Source: an uncultured delta proteobacterium (GTDB taxonomy: Bacteria > Desulfobacterota > Binatia > UBA9968). Taken from it: 64,000 nt of DNA. Below, piece after piece: positions 10,572 to 21,507 of this stretch. The DNA lies in contig CAVSHR010000002.1 in assembly GCA_963727625.1 (NCBI GenBank), positions 416,001 to 480,000 on the forward strand, read 5' to 3'. Below the pieces are notes generated by a model, which saw only the letters and a program-made list of their open reading frames with translations, ran no database searches and had not been told where the DNA came from. Position numbers and translations under genes: made by a program. The number at the start of each line of letters is the position of its first letter. Within the stretch, counting starts at the first letter, position 1.

Positions 10572-11469
10572 CCGGGTATAGCGCAGGTGATAGCGACGGG
10601 AGATCACGGACTCTTGATTCGGCCCTGGTGTTTTTGCAGAAGGCGGCCGTTTGCGAGCCGTATCGGTTCTCGGAAAATTTTAGAATAGTGCCGCGTTTCT
10701 CATCCTCGACGTAGCGAGACAAACTCGGTCCAGTCTCCATCGGTGAATACTACCGGGGACGCTCAGCCGAAGGCGGCGCCGGATCTTGATCCAAAAAACC
10801 GAATTATGGCGAAACGACGGGAATCGAATCATTCCTTCGTTGCGCGGAACTCGTTTCGATGCTCACGCAGATGCTCGAGCCGCTCGACCGCTCTCGCTCG
10901 ACATTGGCAGCAGGCCAGATTGGAAAACGAGACATCGCGGCATTTGTGACATTTCCAGTGGCGGCAAAAGGGGCATTTTGCGTCGATGAGGACCCAGAAG
11001 TGTGTCGTGAGTGCCAAGTTGATCAACCTTATGTTTGGGAAAAAATTTAATGGAAAATATTTAGACGCCGGTGAAGTCCTTTGGTTACATCGTGACGCCG
11101 ATAGTAAGTTAGATGATCGCGATCCTCAAGCGATCCGACCGTCCACAGCAAAATTTTTTACGAGCAAATAGAATTGTTGGCAGGTTCGCGAATAACGACG
11201 CTAAAGTGTGGAAACCGATTGTCCGTGCAGGTCAGCTCGGTCGCTGCTAAGCTCCTGATCGCCGCGTTAGCGACCCCGATGAGCGTCGAAACTGCCTGTT
11301 AGAGGTAAACTTATTTTGATATCGATCGACAACGATTCGCGGGCGATTTTGTCCCGCACTTCATTGCGGTACCCATTTGACGGATTCCAACCTGGCCACG
11401 GAAGAGTCCGCTCCAAGCCGGCGACAGTCGCTGCGACGACATTGTTTTGCCGCGCGGCGGACTAACAGC

Positions 11470-11817
11470 TCATTGGTCCGCCCGAACCGGGCGGACGCCG
11501 AAAGGTTCGGAGCGGTTGCCGAAAAGGATCAGTGGGGTGCTGCCAACGTTGGTCAGCTGGTAGTACTCCTTGGCGGGCAGGAAGACGATGTCATTTTTTT
11601 CGATGACCCGCTCGTCACCTTTCAATCCCTTGACCGAGCACCGCCCGTCGATGACCAAAAAAGTTTCCGGCGATTGGTGATAGTGCATCGGCGTGCCGTC
11701 TCCCGGCTCGAAGTGGAGCATCCAGGAGCGAAAGTTGTCGGTGCCGAAGAGGTGGACGTTGCGGAGATTGTCTCTGTCGGCCTCGGTGATTTTCTGTTTC
11801 AAGCTGACAAACTCCAT
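11470..11817 (-). CDS. Cupin domain protein
   Basis: PMHYHQSPETF cupin motif; GAGGAG RBS. Confidence 0.85.
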   Translation of the reverse strand: MEFVSLKQKITEADRDNLRNVHLFGTDNFRSWMLHFEPGDGTPMHYHQSPETFLVIDGRCSVKGLKGDERVIEKNDIVFLPAKEYYQLTNVGSTPLILFGNRSEPFGVRPVRADQ

Positions 11818-12208
11818 AAACTTTTTCTCCTCGTTGACTGGTAATGGCTTAAACTAGAGCAGCCGGGCTTCAGTTGTCAATTCTCGCCGCGCTAATAATC
11901 GCGCGACTACTTTACCGTGCTTGGTACGACCGAAATTGCCAGCTAGTTCCATGGTTGTCCAGACGATGAGCACCGAGCCGGTGCGGGGGAATTGTTTTAT
12001 AGTTCGAGTCCGTGAATCAAGAGTCGTTGCTGCATCGAACATTTTCGCTCCGACCGGGTAATTGTTTCCAAGGTACTTCTAATCGTAGACTTTCAAGTAG
12101 TCGGAAACCCAATAAATTACATGGCCCGATCCCTTGGCATGGGGGTTGCGTTAGACGTCCAGTATAGTCGTGTTGTTTAATCAATTTAAGGAGATAAGGA
12201 GCAGCAAA

Positions 12209-12808
12209 ATGAAATTTACCAAAGCGATAATTTTGGGTGGACTGCTGGTTGGGGCCTTGTCGATCCCAAAAGCCCCGGCGATGGCCGGCGACCGGTATTA
12301 CTTTCGCGTGCCGCCGGGCCATTTACCGCCGGCCGGCAAATGCCGCATTTGGTACCCTGGTACACCTCCAGGTCGTCAGCCCCCGCCGGGAGACTGTCGG
12401 GTGCTTAGCCGCCAGGTTCCACGCGGCGCATACCTGATTGGGTATGGTCGCAGATGGGATTACACCGAGCTGAACGATCGGCGCTTTCGACACCAGGATT
12501 TCTACAGGGACCGCTATGTCGGTCGAAAAGAAATCTACCGGGATGTTCGGGAAGTCCATCAAGCGCGTAAGAAAGTCTACCAAGACACGCGCGACCTGCA
12601 GCATGCCCACGATGAGCTCCGGAAGGATCGCGCGGAGCTGCACAAAGACATTCGAAACGGCGCGAGCAAGCAGGAAATTATTCATGGACGCCGCGAGGTC
12701 CGAGAGGATCTGAAAAAAGTCGGGGACTCGAAGCGCGATCTCCGCCGAAGCCAAGATAAGTTGCAATCGGCCGAGAACGATCCGCGCCGCGATCCGCGCC
12801 GAAGATAG
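12209..12808 (+). CDS. Secreted hypothetical protein with Pro-rich Cys pair and coiled-coil tail
   Basis: Signal peptide; PPGHLPPAGKCRIWYPGTPPGRQPPPGDC; charged heptad-like C-terminus. Confidence 0.75.
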   Translation: MKFTKAIILGGLLVGALSIPKAPAMAGDRYYFRVPPGHLPPAGKCRIWYPGTPPGRQPPPGDCRVLSRQVPRGAYLIGYGRRWDYTELNDRRFRHQDFYRDRYVGRKEIYRDVREVHQARKKVYQDTRDLQHAHDELRKDRAELHKDIRNGASKQEIIHGRREVREDLKKVGDSKRDLRRSQDKLQSAENDPRRDPRRR

Positions 12809-12823
12809 CGCGTAATTCAAAAT

Positions 12824-12868
12824 GGCAACGGCCCGACCGCGTCATTTCCCAGCGGTCGGGCCGTTGCC
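12824..12868. terminator. Strong hairpin, probable terminator
   Basis: Perfect 17-bp stem GGCAACGGCCCGACCGC/GCGGTCGGGCCGTTGCC, 15 bp after the stop. Confidence 0.65.
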
Positions 12869-13204
12869 TAGCAAACTCTCTGAGAATTTGCTCCCCCTAT
12901 CGGTTCCGCTTAAAGAGTTTTCGGCCTTGCCGCAACCTGAAACCGAAATTCGGTTTTCCATCAGCCAATTATATCTAAAAGCTCTGCGCGCTTTCCGGCT
13001 AAGGCCGTTAGAAGGGCGGCGTTAAAGCTCGGTCGATCCTCAGCATTTGGTTTGGGGTGTGCCTGACAGCAAGGACCGTGTGTGGGCCATAGCCGAAAAA
13101 CGCGCTCTGCTCGGACTGCTCAAATTCCGCGGCGAGTTGACATCTAGTGAATGTTTCGAATAAGGCGTTCCTGTTCAAGAGACGTTCTTCGCGGGAGGTC
13201 AACC

Positions 13205-13516
13205 ATGGTGGTATTGCACGTTACCGTTCAAGTTAAGCCGGAACACTTGGCGGAGTTCCTAGAGGTGCTGCGCCATGACGCGGTGCATTCGGAAGAGGAC
13301 GAGCCCGGGTGCTTGCGTTTCGATGTCGTCCAAGACAAGACCGATCCCAACCGGTTTTACTACTACGAAGTTTACAAAAATGAGGCGGCGCTGGAAACGC
13401 ACCGGCAAACGCCCCATTTCAAGCTCTACGCTGAAAAAACCAAGGACTGGATGGCGGCACCGCCGGAAAGACGATTCGGCAGGAATTTGATTCCCAACGA
13501 CGCCGCGTGGCGCTAG
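13205..13516 (+). CDS. Antibiotic biosynthesis monooxygenase (ABM/LsrG-like) family protein
   Basis: EPGCLRFDV, YEVY and HRQTPHF motifs; GGAGG RBS. Confidence 0.88.
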   Translation: MVVLHVTVQVKPEHLAEFLEVLRHDAVHSEEDEPGCLRFDVVQDKTDPNRFYYYEVYKNEAALETHRQTPHFKLYAEKTKDWMAAPPERRFGRNLIPNDAAWR

Positions 13517-13737
13517 CGGAATCGAGAGGCGCGATGATGGCGATATCTTGGGTAAAAATTAGATGTTGTGCCGTCCATCGGCCTTCCTCGATCCAGTTTG
13601 GCCGTTCGATTAGAAATTTCCGCTGTGGCGGAAAAAACGGCCTTGCCTGAAAATTCGCGAAGTCGTAAGTTAATTCCCGGCGAAGGGTTTCGTCGAATCA
13701 GTTGGGCTTTTCCGCGTCGTCTTAATAGGGAGGGATC

Positions 13738-14739
13738 ATGAAGCTTCCGCGGCGATCCTGGTTAATCACTCTTGGGCTGCTTCTCGGCGTATGTTTATCT
13801 TTCCGCGGCGCACAGGCCCAAGACAAAGTCCGGCTCTCGCATAGTGCGTTGGAGAGCAGCAATGCGGTCTGGTACGTGGCGCAGGACCGCGGGTTTTACA
13901 AAAAGTACGGCTTGGATGCCGATTTAATTTTTATCCCCAGCACCACGACGAGCGTGGCGAGCCTGGTCGCGGGCGACGTGCAAGTCGCTAACGCTTCGGG
14001 CGGCGGTGTCGCCAGCGCGGCGGTGGCCGGCGCCGATCTCGTGATGGTCTCGTGTTATCTCAATTCGCTCCCTTACGAGCTGGTCGTCGGCGAGAACATA
14101 AAATCAGCGGAAGACTTGAAGGGTAAGAGCATCGGTATCAGCCGGGTGGGCAGTGCTTCCGACGTAGCGGCACGCGCGCTGATTCGCGGAGTGGGGTTGG
14201 AGCCCGACAAGCAAGTCCCGATCATGCAAATAGGCGGCCCGGCGGAGCGGGCGGCGGCGTTTCGCACCGGCAGGATAGCCGGTTTCCCGTCGCCGCCGGG
14301 TATTATTTATTTGACCAAGGGTATGCCGTTTCGGATTCTCATCAGCACGGCAGATTTTCAGAAGCGGTTTGAATTTCCGTATATCTGCGCGACTACGACG
14401 CGAGGCTATCTCTCGCGCCACCGGGACACGGTCAAAAAAGTGATTATGGCGCATATCGAAGCGACTCAGTTTTTCAAGACCCATAAGGAAGAAACCAAGC
14501 ACAGTATCGCCAAGCACAGCCGCATCAACAACGACAACTATCTGGAGGCCGCGTACAATGCCACGGCAAAGCTCTATGATGAGGTGCCATTGGTAACTCG
14601 CGCGGGTGTCGAGGTGCAAATCAAAGAAGCGACCAGCCGCAAGCCGGGCTCCCAACTTCATTTTGAAGACATGGTCGACCAAAGCATCGTTCAAGAGTTG
14701 GAGAAAAGCGGTTTTATCGACAAGATTTATAAACGTTGA
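13738..14739 (+). CDS. Stand-alone ABC substrate-binding protein, NitT/TauT family
   Basis: Signal peptide; EDLKGKSIGISRVGS motif. Confidence 0.9.
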   Translation: MKLPRRSWLITLGLLLGVCLSFRGAQAQDKVRLSHSALESSNAVWYVAQDRGFYKKYGLDADLIFIPSTTTSVASLVAGDVQVANASGGGVASAAVAGADLVMVSCYLNSLPYELVVGENIKSAEDLKGKSIGISRVGSASDVAARALIRGVGLEPDKQVPIMQIGGPAERAAAFRTGRIAGFPSPPGIIYLTKGMPFRILISTADFQKRFEFPYICATTTRGYLSRHRDTVKKVIMAHIEATQFFKTHKEETKHSIAKHSRINNDNYLEAAYNATAKLYDEVPLVTRAGVEVQIKEATSRKPGSQLHFEDMVDQSIVQELEKSGFIDKIYKR

Positions 14740-15106
14740 CGCACTCACGGATTCGCAGCGTCTGGATCGTGGGCGATCGGCAATGACCAGCGCGATTGAT
14801 CTCTAAGCTGGACGCCTCTTCATCTTCGGAGTGCGGCAAGAGGTGTCACGCCAATTTTTTCCCGTGCATCGGTATGAGAATCGAATGCGGAATGTCGAAA
14901 GCAGCCTGGCTTAGTCTCCTTATTCGATTCGGAACACGCGCCGCTTAACCAGATTTCTTGCGCAAGAACCGCTTCTGCGAATGCGGCGCGGTTGTTCACA
15001 GAAGCGCTGACAATTTCCTATTCGCCGGGCGTTATTGTAAACATGATCTTAGGCCATTTGGGTCCGGCCCAAGGCGATCGGCAATTTTTTATAAGGAGGT
15101 GCTAAC

Positions 15107-15535
15107 ATGAGATGGTGGCGAATGCTTTCAGTGATTGGTTTGGCTTTTCTAATGGCGAACTGTGTGCCGCCCGGGGGGTATCGCGACGACCGTCGCGGTG
15201 TCGCGCGCGGCAACCAGGGGTGGGAGCTTCTCGGCCAACAACAAGCCGATTTTAGGGCCGATCATGATCGGATCGATGTCGGCAGACGCGAGGGAAGGTT
15301 CAGCGCGATTCGCATCGAGGTTCGCGGCGCACCTTTGGAAATGCGCGACATAGTCGTCACGTTCGGCGACGGCAGGAAGTTTTCACCCAACTTGCGCGCA
15401 CGCTTCGACGAAAATTCGCGGAGTCGCGTCATCGACCTCCCGGGCGACCGGAGGGTGATCCGGTCGGTGGTGTTTAGTTATCGCAGCATTGATCGCCGTG
15501 AGGGACGGGCCACCGTGATGCTTTACGCTCGGTGA
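15107..15535 (+). CDS. Putative lipoprotein (DUF2541-like)
   Basis: Lipobox-like MANC; WELLG..DHDRI..SRVIDLPG pattern; AGGAGG RBS. Confidence 0.7.
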   Translation: MRWWRMLSVIGLAFLMANCVPPGGYRDDRRGVARGNQGWELLGQQQADFRADHDRIDVGRREGRFSAIRIEVRGAPLEMRDIVVTFGDGRKFSPNLRARFDENSRSRVIDLPGDRRVIRSVVFSYRSIDRREGRATVMLYAR

Positions 15536-15638
15536 GCGGTTCGCGCGGCGTTGTCGATAGAGCGTCACCAGCGACTTTGGCCATGCGCATTCTGCATTCG
15601 CGCTGACAGAGAAAAGACATGCCACAGGTCAACCAAAG

Positions 15639-16733
15639 ATGAGCACGAAAGGTCGGGCGGCGATATTTGTCGAACCGAGGAAACCGTTGGTTGTCGACGA
15701 AGTGGAGTTTCCCGATCCCGGGCCGGATCAGGTATTGGTGAGGATTTTCGCCAGCGGTGTCTGCCACTCGCAGCTCCATACCATGCAAAGGCCGGCTCGT
15801 CCCGGACATCGTTTGCCCGCGCTGCTCGGTCATGAAGCGACCGGCGTCGTGGTGGCCAAGGGCCGCGAGGTGAAACATATCAAAGAAGGGGACCACGCGA
15901 TAACGACTTGGGTCGATCGCGACAATTCGACGACCAATCAGCCCTTGGTCATGCATGCTCTGAACGATCGCGCACAGTACCAGGCAAGGTGGAACGGCAA
16001 AGAGATAATGCACTCGGCCGCGACCTGGGCGGAATACGCTTTGGCATCGGAAAGAGTGGTGCTGCCGATGCCGGCCGAGCTGCCGACCGATGTGACTGCG
16101 ATCGTCGGCTGCGCCGTAATGACCGGCGCCGGCGCGATCGTCAATACCCTTCAAGTTCACCCAGGGCAGTCCGTAGCCGTGATTGGCGCCGGCGGCATCG
16201 GTCTGTGCGCGATTGCCGCAGCGGCTATCGTCGCGGCCTATCCGATCATCGCCGTGGACGTGAATCCCGACAAACTCGCCTTTGCTCGGCGCTTCGGCGC
16301 CACTCATGTCATCCATGGGAACGACGTCGAAACTGTGCAGGCGATCAAAGATCTCACCGGCGGCGGGACTGATTATGCCATCGACGCGGTCGGCCTACCG
16401 CAGACCCAAGAACAAATTCTCCGCGCCGTGCGTCCCGGCTATTCGGGCATGAACAGAGGCGGCACGGCGTTGCTCATCGGCATCACGCCGCCCGACGCCA
16501 AAGCTACGCTCGATACGAGTTTATTCGCCGGCAACCGCTCATTTACGCGCACCAGCGGCGGCGATTGCAAACCGGAGCGCGATTTTCCGATATTCCTTCG
16601 GTGGTATCGCGAAGACAAGTTGAAGCTCGACGAGTTGATCACGAATCGCTACAAGCTGGAACAGATCAACCAAGCAGTCGAAGACTTGGAGCATGGGCGA
16701 ATTCTCGGGCGAGGGATTCTCACCTTTAACTAA
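15639..16733 (+). CDS. Zinc-binding alcohol dehydrogenase
   Basis: GVCHSQ, GHE, GCAVMTG and GAGGIG motifs. Confidence 0.92.
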   Translation: MSTKGRAAIFVEPRKPLVVDEVEFPDPGPDQVLVRIFASGVCHSQLHTMQRPARPGHRLPALLGHEATGVVVAKGREVKHIKEGDHAITTWVDRDNSTTNQPLVMHALNDRAQYQARWNGKEIMHSAATWAEYALASERVVLPMPAELPTDVTAIVGCAVMTGAGAIVNTLQVHPGQSVAVIGAGGIGLCAIAAAAIVAAYPIIAVDVNPDKLAFARRFGATHVIHGNDVETVQAIKDLTGGGTDYAIDAVGLPQTQEQILRAVRPGYSGMNRGGTALLIGITPPDAKATLDTSLFAGNRSFTRTSGGDCKPERDFPIFLRWYREDKLKLDELITNRYKLEQINQAVEDLEHGRILGRGILTFN

Positions 16734-16769
16734 TCACAAACGCGCATCAAAGGGCGGATTGATTCAATC

Positions 16770-17747
16770 ATGGACGGAAGCACTCCCGGTAATACGAAAC
16801 CTGCGTCGGTGGGCAGGGACACGATAAGATCGCGGTTGGTTCTTGAAATTGCCTCACAGTTGGTCGATCAACCGGACTGGCCCAGCCGCCAGGCGCAAGT
16901 GAGCCTGCGGCCGCAGGGGGCGGATCAATGGGCGATAAACATGATCGCAAGCGACGGCCCCGCGGCGATCGATCTCGTCGCCAGTGGCAAGATGCATCTG
17001 GCCATCAGCAATCCGTCGATCTTTTTGGCGCTTGCTGTGCGCGGCACCGGACCGTTTGCCGCGCCGATCCCGTTGCGCGCAATCACGGTCATCCCGTCGC
17101 CCGACCAGCTTGCGTTCGCGGTGACTGAAAAAACCGGACTCAAGTCATTCAACGATATCCGCGAGCGGCGCTATCCTTTGCGCGTCTCCATGCGCGGGCA
17201 AAAAGACCACGCGCTCCACCCGATCATCGACGAAGTTTTGAAGGCGGCCGGTTTTTCCCTCGATGACGTTGTCTCCTGGGGCGGCCAGGTGCGCTACGAC
17301 GGCGGTCTGCCGATGAAGAGCAACCGCTTCGGCGCCATGCAGCGCGGCGAGGTCGACATGATCGTCGACGAAGCGGTGCGCGGCTGGATCAATGCCGCCG
17401 CGGGTGCGGGCATGCGCGTGCTGCCTTTCGACGAGCCCATGCTAACGCAGCTGGAAGCGATCGGCCTGCGCCGCGCAGTGATTCCCAAGAGCCGCTATCC
17501 GAATTTGCCGGATGACGTGCCGACGCTGGATTTCAGCGGCTTCGCCGTCTACACCCACGCCGAAGTGTCCGACGACGTCGTCACATCGATCTGCGCCGCT
17601 CTCGAAGCGCGCAAAGAGCGCATCGGCTGGCAGGAGCCCGGACCGCTGCCGCTCGACCAGATGTGCCGCGACACCGCCGCGGCGCCGCTGGCGATTCCGC
17701 TCCATCCCGCGGCGGAAAAGTTCTGGCGCGGGCGGGGTTATCTGTAA
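16770..17747 (+). CDS. TAXI-family TRAP solute-binding protein
   Basis: C-terminal IPLHPAAEKFW is typical of the TAXI family. Confidence 0.75.
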   Translation: MDGSTPGNTKPASVGRDTIRSRLVLEIASQLVDQPDWPSRQAQVSLRPQGADQWAINMIASDGPAAIDLVASGKMHLAISNPSIFLALAVRGTGPFAAPIPLRAITVIPSPDQLAFAVTEKTGLKSFNDIRERRYPLRVSMRGQKDHALHPIIDEVLKAAGFSLDDVVSWGGQVRYDGGLPMKSNRFGAMQRGEVDMIVDEAVRGWINAAAGAGMRVLPFDEPMLTQLEAIGLRRAVIPKSRYPNLPDDVPTLDFSGFAVYTHAEVSDDVVTSICAALEARKERIGWQEPGPLPLDQMCRDTAAAPLAIPLHPAAEKFWRGRGYL

Positions 17748-17837
17748 TAGCAAAGGGTCCTTCTGTACACGAGGCATCATCTACCGCGCTTTCCGACCAC
17801 CGTGCCCAAGTGACCAAGACATGCTAGACTCCTGCCT

Positions 17838-18137
17838 GTGGCGTACCGCGTTCAGTTCGCGAGTTCTGTAGAGGAACAGTTCGCTGGGCTCTCTGCTCGT
17901 GAACAAGCGATCGTGCTCAGCGCTGTAAAGGTTCAGTTACGACACGAGCCGACAAGGGAGACGCGAAACAGAAAACTGTTGCGTCCTAACCCATTAGCGC
18001 CTTGGGAATTACAAATCGGTTCTCTGCGGATTTTCTATGAGGTGGATGCATTGGAATCTGATTTGGTAAACATTCTCGCCATTGGGGTTAAGAAAAGGAA
18101 TCGGCTTCTGGTTGCAGGCAAGGAGATTCGGATATGA
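17838..18137 (+). CDS. Type II TA toxin, RelE/ParE family
   Basis: 99 aa; WELQIGSLRIFYEV..VNILAIG. Confidence 0.85.
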   Translation: MAYRVQFASSVEEQFAGLSAREQAIVLSAVKVQLRHEPTRETRNRKLLRPNPLAPWELQIGSLRIFYEVDALESDLVNILAIGVKKRNRLLVAGKEIRI

Positions 18138-18436
18138 AGGCAATAAAGCTACCCAAAGAGATTCAGTCATTTCTCGATGTTGCCGAGGCTGCAGAGGAAG
18201 AAACGCTCGTCTTCACGAAGAAGAAACGACCGGTCGCTGCTCTGGTCTCTCTCAGAAGGGTGGATCGAGAGTCAGTCGCGCTTAGCACGAACCCACAGTT
18301 TTTGAAGATTGTAGAAACTGCGAGAAGAGAAATTCGGGCAGGAAAAATAATTTCGCTGGAGACATTGGAGAAAAAATATCGCGTAAAAACGCCTAGCAAA
18401 AGAATGGAGCGAACGCGAAAAACACGTCGCCAGTGA
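18134..18436 (+). CDS. Type II antitoxin (Phd/YefM-like)
   Basis: ATGA overlap with the toxin; LVFTKKKRPVAALV. Confidence 0.75.
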   Translation: MKAIKLPKEIQSFLDVAEAAEEETLVFTKKKRPVAALVSLRRVDRESVALSTNPQFLKIVETARREIRAGKIISLETLEKKYRVKTPSKRMERTRKTRRQ

Positions 18437-18437
18437 G

Positions 18438-18497
18438 GGCGATGCTGCTCCAACCGGCAGCGAAAAAATTCTGGCGCGCCCAGGGTATCTGAGTTAA
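18438..18497 (+). pseudogene. Displaced copy of the TAXI gene 3' end
   Basis: Reads AMLLQPAAKKFWRAQG versus gene end AIPLHPAAEKFWRGRG (17690-17747). Confidence 0.8.
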
Positions 18498-18537
18498 ATT
18501 GCCCCGGATCTCCCCGCATATGGCTGGCTGATGCACG

Positions 18538-20934
18538 ATGAATGAATCCATTGAAATCCCAGTGAATACCGTGCGCGGATTTTGCGCGCTGTGCACGGCG
18601 CACTGCGCGACCGTCGCAACAGTGACGGACGGCAAAGTCGTTCGCCTCGAAAGTGATCCCGACCATCCCAACGGCGGAGTATTTTGTCTGAAGGGCAAGG
18701 CCGCACCCGAGCTGGTCTATCATCCCGACCGGCTGAATCATCCTCTCAAACGGACGCGCCCAAAAGGGGATCCCGATCCCGGCTGGCAACGGGTAAGTTG
18801 GGATGACGCGCTCGACGACATCGCGCGACGATTGATCTCTATCCGTGGACAATACGGTCCGCGCGCCGTGGCGCTGGCGAAGGGCACTGGCGGTGGGACG
18901 TCGGTGTCCGACGCGGAGCGCTGGTTGGCGCGGTTTCTCAATTCCTTCGGTAGCCCCAACTGGGTGTCGACGACCCATGTCTGCAATTGGCACAAGGATA
19001 CCGGCTTTACCTACACGTTCGGCGTCGAAATCCCGACGCCGGATGTCGCGCAGAGCGGCGCGTTTCTGCTCTGGGGCCACAACCCGAGCTCCACGTCGCT
19101 GATCTTGGCGCATGACATCGTCGCGGCGAGAAAGCGCGGCATGAAGATCGTCGCGGTGGACCCGCGCCGCGTCGGCATCGCAGCCCAAGCCGATATTCTG
19201 CTGCAAGTGCGTCCGGGCACCGACGGCGCCCTGGCTTTGGCCATGATCGACGTGGCGATTAAAGAGAAGCTTTTCGACGAAGACTTTGTCCGCCGGTGGA
19301 CCAACGGCACTTTTCTGATTCGCCAAGATAACGGCGCCCCGCTGACCGAGGCCGACCTCACCGGTAGCGGATCGCGCGACCGCTTCGTGGTCTGGGACGA
19401 AGTCGGCGGCGATCCGGTGCTGTACAACTCCGGCAGCGGAGACCTCGAGCGACCGACTTCTCGCGCGGCGCTTACGGGAGAGTTTCGAGTCCAGTCCAAA
19501 GACGGCGAGGCAATCGAGTGCGCGCCGGCGTTTGCCGAACTCGCCGCTCTGGCGGCGCGCCACGGACCGGAAATCTCCGCGGCGATCACCTGGGTCGACG
19601 CCGACAAGGTCAAGCAAGCAGTTCATCTCCTCGCGGCCAACCGGCCGGTGAGCATGTTCATGCATAACGGCGTCGGCCAGCATACCAACGCGACGCAGAC
19701 CAGCCGCGCGATCGCGACGTTCTACGCGCTGCTCGGCGACTTCGATCGGCCCGGCGGCAACGTGGTGTTTCCCAAGGCGCCGCTGAACGCGGTGTCCGGC
19801 AAAGAGTTTCTGCCTAAGGAATCGGCCGCGGAGCGAATCGGCCGTGAGCGCAAACCCTTGGGACCGCCGGCCAAGCCGGGCAACTGTGCGGCCTACGATA
19901 TTTTCACCGCGATCCTGGAAAATCTTCCGTATCCGGTGAAGGCGCTGCTGAATTTCGGCTCGAACACGGTGTTGAATACCGGCGACTCGCAGCGGGCGCG
20001 CGAAGCGTTTCGCGCATTGGATTTTGCTGTCGCCGCCGAGCTGTTCATGACGCCGACCGCAGAGCTGTGCGACTACGTGCTGCCGGCCACGAGCTTTCTC
20101 GAAATGGCCAACCTGTCGAACGACTTCAAACACCGCCAGGAGGGCAGGCTGCATGTGCAGTATCGTCCGGCGGTAGTCGAGCCGCTCGGCGAGCGGCGCT
20201 CGGATACCTGGATCGTTTTTCAGCTGGCGAAACGCCTCGGGTTAGGCGAGAGTTTTTGGCAAGGCGATATCGACGCGGGCTATGAGCATGAATTGGCGCC
20301 GAGCGGAATTTCTCTGGACCGCCTGAAAGCCTCGCCTGGAGGCATCACCGTTTCGGCGCCGCCGCGCTATCAAAAATTTTCGGCGATGAATCAGAACGGC
20401 GAGCCGCGCGGTTTCAACACGCCGGACAAGACAGTCGCGATCTATTCCCACAGCTTCGCTGCTCACGGTTTCGCGCCGCTGCCGGAATATGTCGAACCGA
20501 TGATCAGTCCGCTCAGCCGCCCGGAACTCGCCAGTGAATTTCCCTTGGTGCTGACCAATGCGAAATTCACGACGTTCATCCATAGCCAGCTCCGCGGCCT
20601 ACCGAGCCTGCGCAAAGCATCGCCGCATCCGAGCGCCGACATTCATCCGCAAACCGCGGTGCGCTACGGCGTTCAAGACAAAGCGTGGATGATCATCGAA
20701 AGCCCGCGCGGCGCGATGCGGGCGAAAGCGCGAGTCACGGACGGGATCGCCCCCGGCGTCGTCTGCTGCCAGCACGGCTGGTGGCAAGAGTGCAAGGAAC
20801 TGGACCTTCCCGGCTACGACGCCTACAACGAGCACTCCGCCAACCCCAGCCTCCTCATCGGCTCCGACCTCGCCGATCCAATCAGCGGTTCCCTGCCGCA
20901 CCGCTCGTTTTTGTGCCGGGTTCGGCCCGGTTGA
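18538..20934 (+). CDS. Molybdopterin-dependent oxidoreductase (DMSO reductase superfamily)
   Basis: N-terminal CxxCxxxC..C 4Fe-4S motif; HPDRLNHPL and DYVLPA motifs; C-terminal dinucleotide-binding domain. Confidence 0.92.
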   Translation: MNESIEIPVNTVRGFCALCTAHCATVATVTDGKVVRLESDPDHPNGGVFCLKGKAAPELVYHPDRLNHPLKRTRPKGDPDPGWQRVSWDDALDDIARRLISIRGQYGPRAVALAKGTGGGTSVSDAERWLARFLNSFGSPNWVSTTHVCNWHKDTGFTYTFGVEIPTPDVAQSGAFLLWGHNPSSTSLILAHDIVAARKRGMKIVAVDPRRVGIAAQADILLQVRPGTDGALALAMIDVAIKEKLFDEDFVRRWTNGTFLIRQDNGAPLTEADLTGSGSRDRFVVWDEVGGDPVLYNSGSGDLERPTSRAALTGEFRVQSKDGEAIECAPAFAELAALAARHGPEISAAITWVDADKVKQAVHLLAANRPVSMFMHNGVGQHTNATQTSRAIATFYALLGDFDRPGGNVVFPKAPLNAVSGKEFLPKESAAERIGRERKPLGPPAKPGNCAAYDIFTAILENLPYPVKALLNFGSNTVLNTGDSQRAREAFRALDFAVAAELFMTPTAELCDYVLPATSFLEMANLSNDFKHRQEGRLHVQYRPAVVEPLGERRSDTWIVFQLAKRLGLGESFWQGDIDAGYEHELAPSGISLDRLKASPGGITVSAPPRYQKFSAMNQNGEPRGFNTPDKTVAIYSHSFAAHGFAPLPEYVEPMISPLSRPELASEFPLVLTNAKFTTFIHSQLRGLPSLRKASPHPSADIHPQTAVRYGVQDKAWMIIESPRGAMRAKARVTDGIAPGVVCCQHGWWQECKELDLPGYDAYNEHSANPSLLIGSDLADPISGSLPHRSFLCRVRPG

Positions 20935-21168
20935 GTGATGTGTTTGGGACGGGTGGACGCTTTCCGACTAGTAACGTCCGTCGAAAAGTTTTTACCAGAG
21001 ACGTATCCAGCGACGGGACGAATACATCGACTGGCCCCCCGGACGCGCTTCGGACAAAAGCAAAGGGCAGGGCAAATCGCCGCTGTCGCGATTGTTCTCA
21101 CGGCGTAATATAATGGTCACCGTAACTAATGGTTAGACGCTCCGAGCAACTTCAGCTATACGTGGATA

Positions 21169-21505
21169 ATGGCCCGAGCGGACCCTTCCTGACGACGTCC
21201 TATCCTTCATTCGGGAGTGTGTTCGCGGGGGTCGGATCCTTTGGACTTACCACGTCAACATGCGACTTGGACAGAGATTCATCGCGCGGGACACTATTAT
21301 CCGAGCGATCGATACCTACGAAATTGTGGAGTCCTATCCGGAGGACAAGTACTTTCCGAGCTATTTGGTGCTGGGCCGAGAGGGCGCCGATGCGTTTCAC
21401 ATATTGTTCGGTGCCGACGTAGAGGGTCAGAACGTGAGGATCATCACGGCATATTTCCCGAGCCCCGACGAATGGGAAACCGACTTCAAAAGCCGAAGGA
21501 GCTGA
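21169..21505 (+). CDS. DUF4258-like toxin, with a +1 frameshift in CCC just after the ATG
   Basis: WTYHVNMRL, ESYPEDKYFPSYLV and IITAYFP motifs; removing one C at 21173-75 gives MAERTLPDD... Confidence 0.7.
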
Positions 21506-21507
21506 TT

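Noticed and set aside
10580-11460. Several short ORFs in an intergenic stretch
   Set aside because: No recognisable motif or RBS; possibly a decayed gene but not supportable.
18163-20154. 663-aa minus-strand ORF, and similar long antisense ORFs at 24720-26465, 44338-45561 and 60962-62005
   Set aside because: Shadow frames of GC-rich genes on the opposite strand.
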